From the NCBI GenBank assembly GCA_964342155.1, contig CAYFEQ010000005.1:24889-88888 (forward strand): a DNA stretch of 64,000 nucleotides. Direction: 5' to 3'. Below the pieces are notes generated by a model that worked only from the letters and a program-made list of their open reading frames with translations, did no database searches and was not told the origin of the DNA. Made by a program: the position numbers and the translations under genes. Source of the stretch: an uncultured Ectothiorhodospiraceae bacterium. Its GTDB lineage: Bacteria; Pseudomonadota; Gammaproteobacteria; GCA-002705445; GCA-002716945. How positions within the stretch are numbered: position 1 is the stretch's first letter; every line of letters starts with the position of its first letter. This document shows, piece by piece, positions 17,777-27,496 of the stretch.

Positions 17777-19076
17777 TTTTAAGATTAATTATGAAAATTT
17801 TTTAAAATTTACAATCATAGTAATATTTTTTGGAATTTTTTCGAGAACATTTGCTAAAGTTCCTGCTGCCCTTATTGAATATTCAGTAATCTTAGTTGCT
17901 CTTACTATGGCATTTATTTATATATCCGAAAGATTGACTAAACAACAAGCGATTTCTACTATTTTTTACTTATTTGCACTTTACCTTATCGCTCATTTAT
18001 TTGTTGCATGCGTTTTTAGACCTGCTGAAACTGGAGTACCTTTTTATTTTATTATTTTTTCAAATATGCATGAATTTGCACTGTCAACACTTGGATATTT
18101 TTTACCATTCTTATTTATTCCTTTACGTCATTACGATACAAGAAAATTTGATGACTTTATGTGTTTACTTATAAAGATCTCTATTATTTATACTTTATTT
18201 GAACAACTACTATCGCTTGGTGGTTTTAGAGGGGTGTTTGAACAAGTATACAAAAATGCCGGTTTAGTCCAACCTCAAAATATTTCTTCAAAAAGCTTAG
18301 GATTATACAGAGTATGGGGTTCTATAGGCTCACCGCAATTATTGGGTATTTTTAATATCATAGCTTTCTTCTATCTCATGAGCAATAACCAGAAGAATTG
18401 GGCAATGTTGAGTGTTTTAGCCATATTTTTAAGTACATCTAAAACTGCTTATTTTATTTTTCTAATACTTTTTTTAATCTATTTAATATATAAGAGGCAT
18501 TATTTAATTTTTATAACAATAACGATTATCTCATTGATTAGTGCTTATTATGCCATAGTATTCTTGAATCATATGGAAGATTTGCAAAGTGATGATTACC
18601 AAATGGCACAGCATTTTATTGGCTCTGTAAGAGGCTATTTTATTCTTTTTGATCAAACCTTGGATTACAAAAACATTAGACATGATGATGGTCCATTCAT
18701 ACATGTCCTGCAATATTTTCGTGATAACCCCTGGCAGCTTATTTTTGGGAAAGGTATAACATATGCGGCTATAGATACGGGATATGCCTTCGATATTTCT
18801 TCTAAGTCTATTCTTGAGTATAGGTACTTATCATCAGATTTCTATTTTTTAACCTTCTTTGAACAATATGGCTTTGTAGGAATGATTTTATTTATTAACT
18901 TATATCTTATTTATCCATTAATACTTCTTAGAAGAAATTTTGATTACAGTTATTTCATTCCAATAACATTTTTCTTATCAATATTGCACTATCCGCCACA
19001 AATATCAAAAATAATGATGATCTTTGTTGGTTACATAATTTGGAAAATGTATCTAACTGAGAGGAAAGAAACATGA
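17736..19076 (+). CDS. Polytopic membrane protein, a possible O-antigen polymerase/ligase (Wzy_C-like)
   Basis: It has about 10 or more hydrophobic helices and a loop with an RVWGSIGSPQLLG segment reminiscent of the Wzy_C domain. The family assignment is tentative. Confidence 0.4.
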   Translation: MFQKKLEDIMITTSFKINYENFLKFTIIVIFFGIFSRTFAKVPAALIEYSVILVALTMAFIYISERLTKQQAISTIFYLFALYLIAHLFVACVFRPAETGVPFYFIIFSNMHEFALSTLGYFLPFLFIPLRHYDTRKFDDFMCLLIKISIIYTLFEQLLSLGGFRGVFEQVYKNAGLVQPQNISSKSLGLYRVWGSIGSPQLLGIFNIIAFFYLMSNNQKNWAMLSVLAIFLSTSKTAYFIFLILFLIYLIYKRHYLIFITITIISLISAYYAIVFLNHMEDLQSDDYQMAQHFIGSVRGYFILFDQTLDYKNIRHDDGPFIHVLQYFRDNPWQLIFGKGITYAAIDTGYAFDISSKSILEYRYLSSDFYFLTFFEQYGFVGMILFINLYLIYPLILLRRNFDYSYFIPITFFLSILHYPPQISKIMMIFVGYIIWKMYLTERKET

Positions 19077-20218
19077 AGATCATGATTTTAGGGGCAGATG
19101 GCTATTTAGGTTGGCCTATGTCAGCAAACTTAAGTTTAACTAAACACAAACTAGTTATGATTGATAATTATGTCAAACGATCTTTATTTAAAAAATATGG
19201 TAAAACCCCATTAATTAATTATCCAAAAATAGATAAAAGATTGAAACTCTTAAAAAAATATAACAAAAATATTAAATTCTATAATTTAGATTGTACTGAC
19301 TCTCAAAAATTTTCAGATTTATTTAAAAAATATAAACCTGATGTGGTAATTCACTTTGCAGAATTGCCGTCAGCGCCATATTCGATGTACGGTCCTAAGG
19401 AAGGTTGGGTAACATTAGACAATAATCTCAAGAGCACATTTAATTTAATTGAAGCTGTTAAAAAGTATAATAAAAAATGTCACATTATAAAACTTGGTAC
19501 AATGGGTGAGTATGGAACACCAAATATTAATATTGAAGAAGGTTGGCTAACTGTTAAACATAAAGATCGACAACAAAAATTTTTATACCCAAGACAAGGA
19601 TCTAGTCTTTATCATACTTCAAAAATTATGGATACAGATTTACTATGGTTTTATGTAAGAACCTCTGATTTAAGAGTTACAGATTTAATGCAGGGACCAG
19701 TTTATGGTATAAGGATTGGAAAAGAGTTTGAAAAAGAAGAATTTTATCCAACTTTTGCATATGATGATATGTTTGGAACAGTATTGAATAGATTTATTGT
19801 CCAAGCAATTGCAAAAATTCCATTAACTGTTTATGGGTCAGGTAATCAGATAAGAGGATATTTAGATATCAAAGATACACTGCAATGTATAAACCTAGCA
19901 ATAAAGAATCCACCAAATCCTGGTGATTTAAAAATATATAATCAATTCACAGAACAATTTTCTGTTAATCAACTAGCTAAAAAGGTTAAAAGTGCACTTA
20001 AAAAAATTAATATAGAAACAGTAATTAAAAAAATAAAAAATCCACGCATTGAAAAAGAGAAACATTATTATAATGCAATGCACAATGGGATGAAAAAGTT
20101 AGGTTTAAAACCAACTTTACTGACTGATAAATCTATAATAGAAATCGCAGAATATGTATTTAAATATAAAAAACAAATTAATAAAAAAATTATACAGCCA
20201 AAGAGTATTTGGAAATGA
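19073..20218 (+). CDS. sqdB: UDP-sulfoquinovose synthase (SQD1/SqdB/Agl3 family, extended SDR)
   Basis: Long near-colinear matches to SQD1 are visible: GADGYLGW...IDN, HFAE.PSAPYSM, KLGTMGEYGTPNINIEEGW (SQD1 has KLGTMGEYGTPNIDIEEGY), LYHTSKIMD, TDLMQGPVYG, NRFIVQA, PLTVYGSGNQIRGYLDIKDT, YNQFTEQFSVNQLA (SQD1 has FNQFTEQFSVNELA) and NPRIEKEKHYYNA. Confidence 0.8.
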   Translation: MKIMILGADGYLGWPMSANLSLTKHKLVMIDNYVKRSLFKKYGKTPLINYPKIDKRLKLLKKYNKNIKFYNLDCTDSQKFSDLFKKYKPDVVIHFAELPSAPYSMYGPKEGWVTLDNNLKSTFNLIEAVKKYNKKCHIIKLGTMGEYGTPNINIEEGWLTVKHKDRQQKFLYPRQGSSLYHTSKIMDTDLLWFYVRTSDLRVTDLMQGPVYGIRIGKEFEKEEFYPTFAYDDMFGTVLNRFIVQAIAKIPLTVYGSGNQIRGYLDIKDTLQCINLAIKNPPNPGDLKIYNQFTEQFSVNQLAKKVKSALKKINIETVIKKIKNPRIEKEKHYYNAMHNGMKKLGLKPTLLTDKSIIEIAEYVFKYKKQINKKIIQPKSIWK

Positions 20219-21198
20219 AAATTTTAATTACAGGAGGCTTGGGATTTATAGGAAGTAATTTAATTGATTATCTTCTTAAAAAGAAGAATGTTAAAAAAAT
20301 TATAGTTGTAGATAATTTTTCAAAAAGTTCTCCTAGATATTTGAAATCTTTAACAGATTATAAATATTTTCAAAGACCAAACTTGTATGTAAATTCTACT
20401 AAGAGAGTTGAATTAATAAAAGCAGACATATCAAATTATAATTTTGCGGTAAAAATAACAAAGAATATTGATTATATAATTCATTTAGCAGCTGAATCTG
20501 GTGTAGATACTTCTGTAAAAAACCCTGAAAAATCTTTCAAAGTAAATGTAATAGGGACCTTTAATTATTTAAATGCAGCTAGAATCAATAATATTAAAGG
20601 CTTTATTTTCCCGTCTAGTGGTGCCGTATTTGGAGATGTTAAGCCTCCAATTGATGAAAATCTTGCAAGAAATCCAATTTCACCCTATGGATCAGGAAAA
20701 TTATCAGGTGAAACATTCTGCGAAACATTTTCAAAGGTATTTAAATTAAATACGACTATTTTAAGATTTAGCAATGCATACGGAAGATTCTCAACCCATA
20801 AAACCAGTGTTATTGCTAAATTTATACAGAATATTCTTAATAATAAGAGTGTCATAGTAAACGGTGATGGGCAACATACGAGAGACTTCATATTTGTAGA
20901 TGATATTTGTTCAGCTATTTATATATCTCTAACGAATAAAAAAAGATTACAGATATACAATGTTTCTACAGGGAAAGAAACATCTATTAATAACCTTATC
21001 TCTACAATGAAAAAAGTGCTGACTAGATATAATAAATATTCAATTAGTGTTAAATATTCAAAACAAAGGATTGGAGATATGAAAAGAAATTTTGCAAAGT
21101 CAAATAAAATAAACAAAGAGTTAGGTTGGAAATCAAAAATTGAATTGAAATCTGGTCTTAAAAAAACATTCGGCTGGTACGAAATTGAAAAAAAATAA
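20209..21198 (+). CDS. NAD-dependent sugar-nucleotide epimerase/dehydratase (GalE/UXS-like extended SDR)
   Basis: It has the N-terminal ILITGGLGFIGSNL Rossmann motif and the catalytic YGSGK (YxxxK). Length is 329 aa. Confidence 0.75.
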   Translation: MEMKILITGGLGFIGSNLIDYLLKKKNVKKIIVVDNFSKSSPRYLKSLTDYKYFQRPNLYVNSTKRVELIKADISNYNFAVKITKNIDYIIHLAAESGVDTSVKNPEKSFKVNVIGTFNYLNAARINNIKGFIFPSSGAVFGDVKPPIDENLARNPISPYGSGKLSGETFCETFSKVFKLNTTILRFSNAYGRFSTHKTSVIAKFIQNILNNKSVIVNGDGQHTRDFIFVDDICSAIYISLTNKKRLQIYNVSTGKETSINNLISTMKKVLTRYNKYSISVKYSKQRIGDMKRNFAKSNKINKELGWKSKIELKSGLKKTFGWYEIEKK

Positions 21199-22294
21199 AT
21201 CTATAACACTAGTTTCTAATAATTATTGGACATTATATAAATTTAGATATGATGTTGTTAATTTATTTATCAAAAAAGGATATATTGTAAATCTAATTGG
21301 AAAAAAAGATGGTTTTCAAAAAAAATTCACAGACAAATCAATTAATAAGTATTATATTCCAATAAGTGAACGTGGGATAAATATATTCAATGAAATAAGT
21401 ACATTTCTAAATCTGTATAAGATTTATAAAAAGCTAAAGACTGATTTAATTTTTCATTTTACCATAAAGCCAAATATCTACGGTTCAATTATATCTAGTT
21501 TATTTAATATTAAATCTATTGTTTTTGTGACTGGGTATGGTCACATTTTCCTTAAAAAGAAGTCTTTTGTTAAAAGATTAGTAATCTTAATGTATAAATA
21601 TGCTATAAAAAATAGCACAGAAGTATGGTTTGCAAATGAAGATGATAGAAAAGCATTTATACAAAATAAAATCATAAATAAACAGAAAACAAGAATAGTT
21701 CCTGGTGCTGGAGTAATTATAAGTAAAAAGCAAGTAGAATACATTGATATTAAACCTATAACTTTCTTAATGATATCGCGTATACAAAAAGCTAAGGGTA
21801 TTATTGAGTTCTTAAATGCAGCAAAAGATTACAAAGATAATAATCAAATTAGATTTATTTTAATTGGTTCACATGATACTGATGATTTAGATGCGGTCGA
21901 GTTTGATAACATCCAATCTTTAGTAGATAAAAAAATAATTACATATCATAATTATCAGGATGATATTGAATCACATTTATCTTCTGCTTCATGCTTAGTA
22001 CATCCTTCCTATAGAGAAGGCTTATCAACAGTTTTAGTTGAAGCTGCATCATTTAAAAAACCTATTATCACTACAAATACACCTGGTTGTATTGATGTAA
22101 TTCCCGATGAAACATATGGAGTTTTATGTCAACCACAAAACAGCTCATCTTTAAAAGATGCTATTAAAAGATTCTTATCATTAACTGATCAACAAAAAGA
22201 AAATATGGTTAATAAAACTTATGAGTATGTTAAAAATAACTTTGATCGCAATAAAATACTTACAGTTTATAGATCATCCCTTGAGTATATTTAA
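21185..22294 (+). CDS. Family 4 glycosyltransferase (GT-B, glycos_transf_1)
   Basis: It carries the C-terminal EGLSTVLVEAASFKKPIITTNTPG motif (E-x7-E type). Confidence 0.8.
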   Translation: MKKNKSITLVSNNYWTLYKFRYDVVNLFIKKGYIVNLIGKKDGFQKKFTDKSINKYYIPISERGINIFNEISTFLNLYKIYKKLKTDLIFHFTIKPNIYGSIISSLFNIKSIVFVTGYGHIFLKKKSFVKRLVILMYKYAIKNSTEVWFANEDDRKAFIQNKIINKQKTRIVPGAGVIISKKQVEYIDIKPITFLMISRIQKAKGIIEFLNAAKDYKDNNQIRFILIGSHDTDDLDAVEFDNIQSLVDKKIITYHNYQDDIESHLSSASCLVHPSYREGLSTVLVEAASFKKPIITTNTPGCIDVIPDETYGVLCQPQNSSSLKDAIKRFLSLTDQQKENMVNKTYEYVKNNFDRNKILTVYRSSLEYI

Positions 22295-23259
22295 TGAAAC
22301 CTAAAGTATTTTTAACTGGCGCAACAGGTTTTTTTGGTAGTTATTTAAAAAAAGCCTTGATTAAGAATGGTTATAATCTTGTTTGTCTCACGAGAAAGAA
22401 TGCTGAAGACTCTAATCATAAATTAATTACAGTGTCTGCTAAAAATGAAGATTTTTTTTCAAAAGACTTCTTAAAAAATGCTATGACTAACTGCGATGCT
22501 GTAATCCATCTCGCAGCAATATCAGATAGTAATTATCTTAATAATCAATATGATAGAGATGAATTTAATAAAATAAATAAAGAGTTTCCTCTTATATTAT
22601 ATAAAGCTGCAAAGGAATCTCAAATTAAGAAGTTTATTTTTATGAGTACCATTAAAGTAAATGGTGAATATACACAAGGGGTTTCTTTTTCAGAAAATAC
22701 ACCTCATGATACCTGCAATAGAAACCAATATGTTTTATCAAAAATAAATACAGAAAATGCACTTATAAATGAATATGAGGATAATAATCTTGAATTGCTA
22801 AGTATAATTAGACCTCCAATTATCTATGGAGAAGGCGTAAGAGGCAATATTAAGACATTAATAAAAATTATAAACAAAGGCTTTCCATTACCAACTTCAA
22901 GTTTAAATAAAAAAAGAAGCATGGTTTCAGTCTACAACTTGACTGATCTTATTATAAATATATTAAATTCAAAATTAACTGGAATAGTAAAATCATGTTG
23001 TAAAGATATAGATATCTCAACAAATGATCTTATAAAAAGAATTGCTATATCTCTTAATAAAGCAAAACCAGATTTTTACATACCAACAGGATTATTGCAA
23101 TTTGGGGCTTTCATAATTAATAAAACTGAGATGATGAATAAATTAACAAAACCTCTACTTATAAATGATAATGAAACAAGAGAAAATTTTAATTGGGAAC
23201 CATCGTTAGATTTTGAAACAGGTATGCACAAAACAATAGATTCATTAATAAAGAACTAA
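22294..23259 (+). CDS. NAD-dependent epimerase/dehydratase family protein (extended SDR)
   Basis: The N-terminal Rossmann motif is VFLTGATGFFGSYL. A YVLSK motif (YxxxK) is present. Confidence 0.7.
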   Translation: MKPKVFLTGATGFFGSYLKKALIKNGYNLVCLTRKNAEDSNHKLITVSAKNEDFFSKDFLKNAMTNCDAVIHLAAISDSNYLNNQYDRDEFNKINKEFPLILYKAAKESQIKKFIFMSTIKVNGEYTQGVSFSENTPHDTCNRNQYVLSKINTENALINEYEDNNLELLSIIRPPIIYGEGVRGNIKTLIKIINKGFPLPTSSLNKKRSMVSVYNLTDLIINILNSKLTGIVKSCCKDIDISTNDLIKRIAISLNKAKPDFYIPTGLLQFGAFIINKTEMMNKLTKPLLINDNETRENFNWEPSLDFETGMHKTIDSLIKN

Positions 23260-23261
23260 TC

Positions 23262-24302
23262 ATGTATGGGGAAGGATTATTTTTATTGAACTCAAGTGTT
23301 ATGATTAATATTTTAATAACTTTTTTTACAACTCTAACAGTAGCTTTTATATTAACAAAAAAACCTTTGGCTTTATCAATGCCAACTGATAGAGGTCTTC
23401 ATGAAAAAAATACACCTACATCTAGTGGAATTGCTTTGGCTATTGGATATATTTTTGGCATTCTATTAGATTTTAGCTCATGGTTTGACTACATGGCAAT
23501 ATTATTAATAATAATTGCTTTTGTTGGTTTTTTAGATGATAAGTATAGAATCTCAAAAGAATTCAGATTTCTTATACAAATTATTTTGGCATGCTTATTT
23601 GTATATTCTTTTGGTGACACTAGTTTAATTAGTTTCATCGGATTTATATACATCTTTATGATTGTATATTCTATTAATGCATATAATTTTATGGATGGAA
23701 TAGATTCATTAATATTATTTCAATCAATTTTTGTTTTATCATCATTATTATTATTAGCCCCTAATTCTATAGTAATTCAATATCTTCACATCGATCTAAT
23801 CTTAGCTGCATTAATTGCATTATTATTTTTTGGAAAATCACCTTCAAAATTATTTCTTGGTAACTCAGGAAGCTATTTTCTAGGTCTTTATTTATCAATG
23901 ATTATAATTACAGTTTTATATTATTGGGATATTAGTTTCTTAACTTATAGCATTCTATTTACAATTATATTAATTGATACAATTTATGTCATATTGAAAA
24001 GATTTTTTGTAAAACTATCTAACTTATATAGAGAAAATAAAAATTTACACATTTCGATCTACATTAGTCTCAAACATATAACTGAGCCACACTGTACTCA
24101 TAATTATCAGAAATTAACAAAAAAAATAAATAGTCATGCAAAGGTTGTTTTCATCTTAATGTTATATAATATTCTTTGGTGCTTGCCTTTAGCAATTGCT
24201 TCTGCAAAGTTTGATGACTATGCTTTATTATGCTTGGCATTAAGCTTTATTCCTTATATTATATGGTGCTATATTAATAATGCGGGGGTTGAATCAAATT
24301 GA
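23262..24302 (+). CDS. Undecaprenyl-phosphate sugar-1-phosphate transferase (WbpL/WecA, MraY-like GT4 family). This is the initiating enzyme.
   Basis: It is an integral membrane protein with the VGFLDDKYRIS and NAYNFMDGIDSL motifs (D-D-x-x-D and N-x-x-N-x-x-D-G-x-D-G-L). Confidence 0.75.
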   Translation: MYGEGLFLLNSSVMINILITFFTTLTVAFILTKKPLALSMPTDRGLHEKNTPTSSGIALAIGYIFGILLDFSSWFDYMAILLIIIAFVGFLDDKYRISKEFRFLIQIILACLFVYSFGDTSLISFIGFIYIFMIVYSINAYNFMDGIDSLILFQSIFVLSSLLLLAPNSIVIQYLHIDLILAALIALLFFGKSPSKLFLGNSGSYFLGLYLSMIIITVLYYWDISFLTYSILFTIILIDTIYVILKRFFVKLSNLYRENKNLHISIYISLKHITEPHCTHNYQKLTKKINSHAKVVFILMLYNILWCLPLAIASAKFDDYALLCLALSFIPYIIWCYINNAGVESN

Positions 24303-26224
24303 GAGATTTTTTACTAAATCTACCTAGAAATAAGAAAAGGGCCTTAGTTATTGTAGTAGATGCAATAAGCCTGATTGCTGCTGTTTGGATAGCATTTATA
24401 TTGAGAACAGACCAATTTTTTTGGCCTTCAAATGGATACCCATTAACTGCAATATCAGCAACACAACTATACATTGTTTTCCTGTTAGCTCCATTGATTA
24501 CAATATCAGTACTTTATTCGATCAAATTATATAGATCGATTACACGTTATATTACAAGTGAAACATATCTTAAGATGTCTAAAGCTTGTATATTTGCTTC
24601 TGTCGTTTGGACATTCTTGATTTATCAACTTGAATATCCAGTACCAAGATCCGTATACATAATCTATGCCATTTTATCTCTATCATTTTTAATTTTTACT
24701 AGATACACAGCATCAGCATTTCTTTCAACAACTAATTATTTTGGACGTAAAAATGTTTTAATTTATGGAACAGGATCTTCTTCAAGAAGAATGGCAAATC
24801 TATTAAGTAATGATCTTAAAATTAAACCAGTTGGCTTTATTAGTGATGATAATGATTTAGAAAAAACAAGTATTGCAGAATTGTCTGTTTATTCAAAAAA
24901 TGATATTGAAAGAATTATAAATAAAAAAAATATAGATGAGATCTTAATTGTTCTTTCAAAAAAATCAAGTTCACAATTAAGAAAAATAGTTAATAATCTA
25001 AAACCATATCGGACACAACTAAGAAAAGTGCCAGACATAAATCAAATAGCTCGAGGCCAATTAAAAATTAGCGACTTTAAAAAAATTGATATTGAGGACT
25101 TATTAGGTAGGGATGCCGTTAAGCCTGACCCATATCTTTTAAAATCATGTATTGAAAACAAAACTGTGTTAATTACAGGTTGTGGTGGATCAATTGGCTC
25201 AGAATTATCGCGACAAATAATTACTCTAAAACCAAAGAAAATTATTCTTCTAGAACAGTCAGAGTTTTTTCTATACCAAATTGATCAAGAACTTAGTGAT
25301 TTTAAAATAAAGGAGAATTCTGATATTGCTATTAGCTCATATCTAGGATCTGTCGCTGACGACAAATTTATCTCACATATATTTAGTAAAGAAAAAATTG
25401 ATACAGTATATCATGCTGCTGCTCATAAGCATGTACCATTAGTTGAATTTAACCCTTTGCCTGCAATTGAAACAAATATTTTTGGTACAAATATACTTGC
25501 AACTCATTCATATAAAAATAATGTTGATAATTTTGTTTTAATTTCTAGTGATAAAGCAGTAAGACCTACAAATATTATGGGAGCTACAAAAAGGTTTGCT
25601 GAATTAATTTTACAAGCACTACAAGAAAAGGTTAATGAATTACCTGCAAATCAATGTAGAACAAAATTCTGTATGGTTAGATTTGGCAATGTCTTAGATA
25701 CATCTGGATCCGTTGTTCCATTGTTTAGAAAACAAATTGCAAATGGCGGCCCTATCACTGTTACTGATCCACGAGTCATTCGATATTTTATGACTATACA
25801 AGAAGCTACTGAACTAGTTATACAAACAGGAACTTTAAGTAAAGGAGGGGATGTTTTTCTCTTAGAAATGGGTGAACCTGTCAGCGTTCTCGATTTAGCA
25901 AAGGAAATGATTAGACTCAGTGGAAATGAAATAAAAGATGAACAAAACCCATCTGGCAATATTGAGATTATGTTTACAGGATTGAGGGCTGGAGAGAAAC
26001 TTTACGAAGAATTACTAATTGGAGATAATGTTAACCCGACAATACATAAACATATTATGTCGGCAAATGAAGAAAAATTATCTGAACATAAGGTTAATGA
26101 GTTTATTGCCCAATTCAAACAAATTACTCCATCAACACCTATAGAAGATATACAAAAAACATTATATGATGCCGTATCTGGATATAAACCCGATAATAAT
26201 AAAGTTGTCAAAATAAAGAATTAA
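24299..26224 (+). CDS. Membrane-anchored UDP-N-acetylglucosamine 4,6-dehydratase (WbpM/PglF/CapD family)
   Basis: It has N-terminal TM helices, the Rossmann motif VLITGCGGSIGSEL and the CapD-type RFGNVLDTSGSVVPLF motif. Length is 641 aa. Confidence 0.85.
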   Translation: MRDFLLNLPRNKKRALVIVVDAISLIAAVWIAFILRTDQFFWPSNGYPLTAISATQLYIVFLLAPLITISVLYSIKLYRSITRYITSETYLKMSKACIFASVVWTFLIYQLEYPVPRSVYIIYAILSLSFLIFTRYTASAFLSTTNYFGRKNVLIYGTGSSSRRMANLLSNDLKIKPVGFISDDNDLEKTSIAELSVYSKNDIERIINKKNIDEILIVLSKKSSSQLRKIVNNLKPYRTQLRKVPDINQIARGQLKISDFKKIDIEDLLGRDAVKPDPYLLKSCIENKTVLITGCGGSIGSELSRQIITLKPKKIILLEQSEFFLYQIDQELSDFKIKENSDIAISSYLGSVADDKFISHIFSKEKIDTVYHAAAHKHVPLVEFNPLPAIETNIFGTNILATHSYKNNVDNFVLISSDKAVRPTNIMGATKRFAELILQALQEKVNELPANQCRTKFCMVRFGNVLDTSGSVVPLFRKQIANGGPITVTDPRVIRYFMTIQEATELVIQTGTLSKGGDVFLLEMGEPVSVLDLAKEMIRLSGNEIKDEQNPSGNIEIMFTGLRAGEKLYEELLIGDNVNPTIHKHIMSANEEKLSEHKVNEFIAQFKQITPSTPIEDIQKTLYDAVSGYKPDNNKVVKIKN

Positions 26225-26226
26225 TT

Positions 26227-27096
26227 ATGCATTCAAACACTATCTCAGTTGGATATGGAAGCGTAAATACAGTTAAGATTGGTAGCACCGAACCACTTGT
26301 ATTTATTGGAGGGCCATGCGCAATAGAAAGTAAAGAGCATGCATTTAAAGTTGCAGATATGATAAATAAAATTTGTAACAAGCATTCTATTCCCTGGATC
26401 TACAAATCTTGCTTTGATAAAGATTGTCGCTCATCTCCAGATAGTTATCATGGACTTGGTTTGGATGGCCTTAAAATCTTAAGTGAAATCAGAGATGAAT
26501 TTGGATGCCCAGTGGTTAGTGATTTTTCTAATCCTGCATGGGCTGAACCTGTTGGAGAAGTTTGTGACATGGTTCAAGTTCCTGCATATTTATGCAGACA
26601 AACTACTATCCTAAAAGGTGCAGCTGAAACTGGAAGACCAATACACCTAAAGAAAGGTCAATTCATGAGTCCATGGAATATGAAAAACTCTGTTAGAAAA
26701 ATTGAATCATATGGGAATAAGCAAATCTTATTGACTGATAGAGGAACTTTCTTTGGCTATAATATGCTCATAAATGATTATAGAAATTTTCCTATTATGA
26801 TGGAAACCAGTTATCCAGTTTGTTTTGATGCAACTCATTCTATTCAATTACCAACATCGATGGGAAATATTTCTGGAGGCCAAAGAGAATTTATCCCAAC
26901 TCTTACTAGAGCTGCTGCAGGAGCAGGGATACATGCATTATTTATGGAAGTTCATGATGATCCTGATAATGCAATGTCAGATGCTAATACACAATTAAAT
27001 ATTAAGTACTTAGAAAACGTACTTGTGCAGGCTAAAACAGTTCATATGACTAGAATAGAACTTTTTAATAAGCTTGGAGAAGATGATGTTAAATAA
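26227..27096 (+). CDS. kdsA: 3-deoxy-8-phosphooctulonate synthase
   Basis: FIGGPCAIES, VQVPAYLCRQTTIL (KdsA has iQlPAFLaRQTDL), FDATHSIQLP, GGQREF and GIHALFMEVHDDPDNA are colinear with KdsA. Confidence 0.8.
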   Translation: MHSNTISVGYGSVNTVKIGSTEPLVFIGGPCAIESKEHAFKVADMINKICNKHSIPWIYKSCFDKDCRSSPDSYHGLGLDGLKILSEIRDEFGCPVVSDFSNPAWAEPVGEVCDMVQVPAYLCRQTTILKGAAETGRPIHLKKGQFMSPWNMKNSVRKIESYGNKQILLTDRGTFFGYNMLINDYRNFPIMMETSYPVCFDATHSIQLPTSMGNISGGQREFIPTLTRAAAGAGIHALFMEVHDDPDNAMSDANTQLNIKYLENVLVQAKTVHMTRIELFNKLGEDDVK

Positions 27097-27496
27097 TATT
27101 AAAGAAATAGAAATTTCTGAAGCTATGTTTGAGACAGATAATTTTCCAGTTATTTCTTCTACAACATTGCTAAAAGAAGCTATAGAAGAAATGACAAAAT
27201 ATAATATTGGCATTGCATGCATTGTAGATAAAAAAGATTTATTAGGGGTCTTTACTGATGGAGATTTACGCAGATTGCTATTGTCACATCAAAAACCATT
27301 CCCAGCATTATTTAATGATGATGTATCAACATATATGACAAAAAACCCTAGTGTAATACAAAAAAGTTCTTCTATATTTGAAGCAATGAATTTAATTAAT
27401 GAGAAGAAAATTTGGGATTTACCAGTAGTTGAAAATAAGAAGTTAATTGGTTTAGTAAATTTACACACTCTCGTTAAATACATAAATAAAAAATGA
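27074..27496 (+). CDS. Stand-alone CBS-domain pair protein, like the KpsF/GutQ C-terminus but without a SIS domain
   Basis: It has two CBS repeats (IGIACIVDKKDLLGVFTDGDLRRLL and WDLPVVENKKLIGLVNLHTL). Length is 140 aa. It overlaps the kdsA 3' end by 23 nt. Confidence 0.6.
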   Translation: MEKMMLNNIKEIEISEAMFETDNFPVISSTTLLKEAIEEMTKYNIGIACIVDKKDLLGVFTDGDLRRLLLSHQKPFPALFNDDVSTYMTKNPSVIQKSSSIFEAMNLINEKKIWDLPVVENKKLIGLVNLHTLVKYINKK

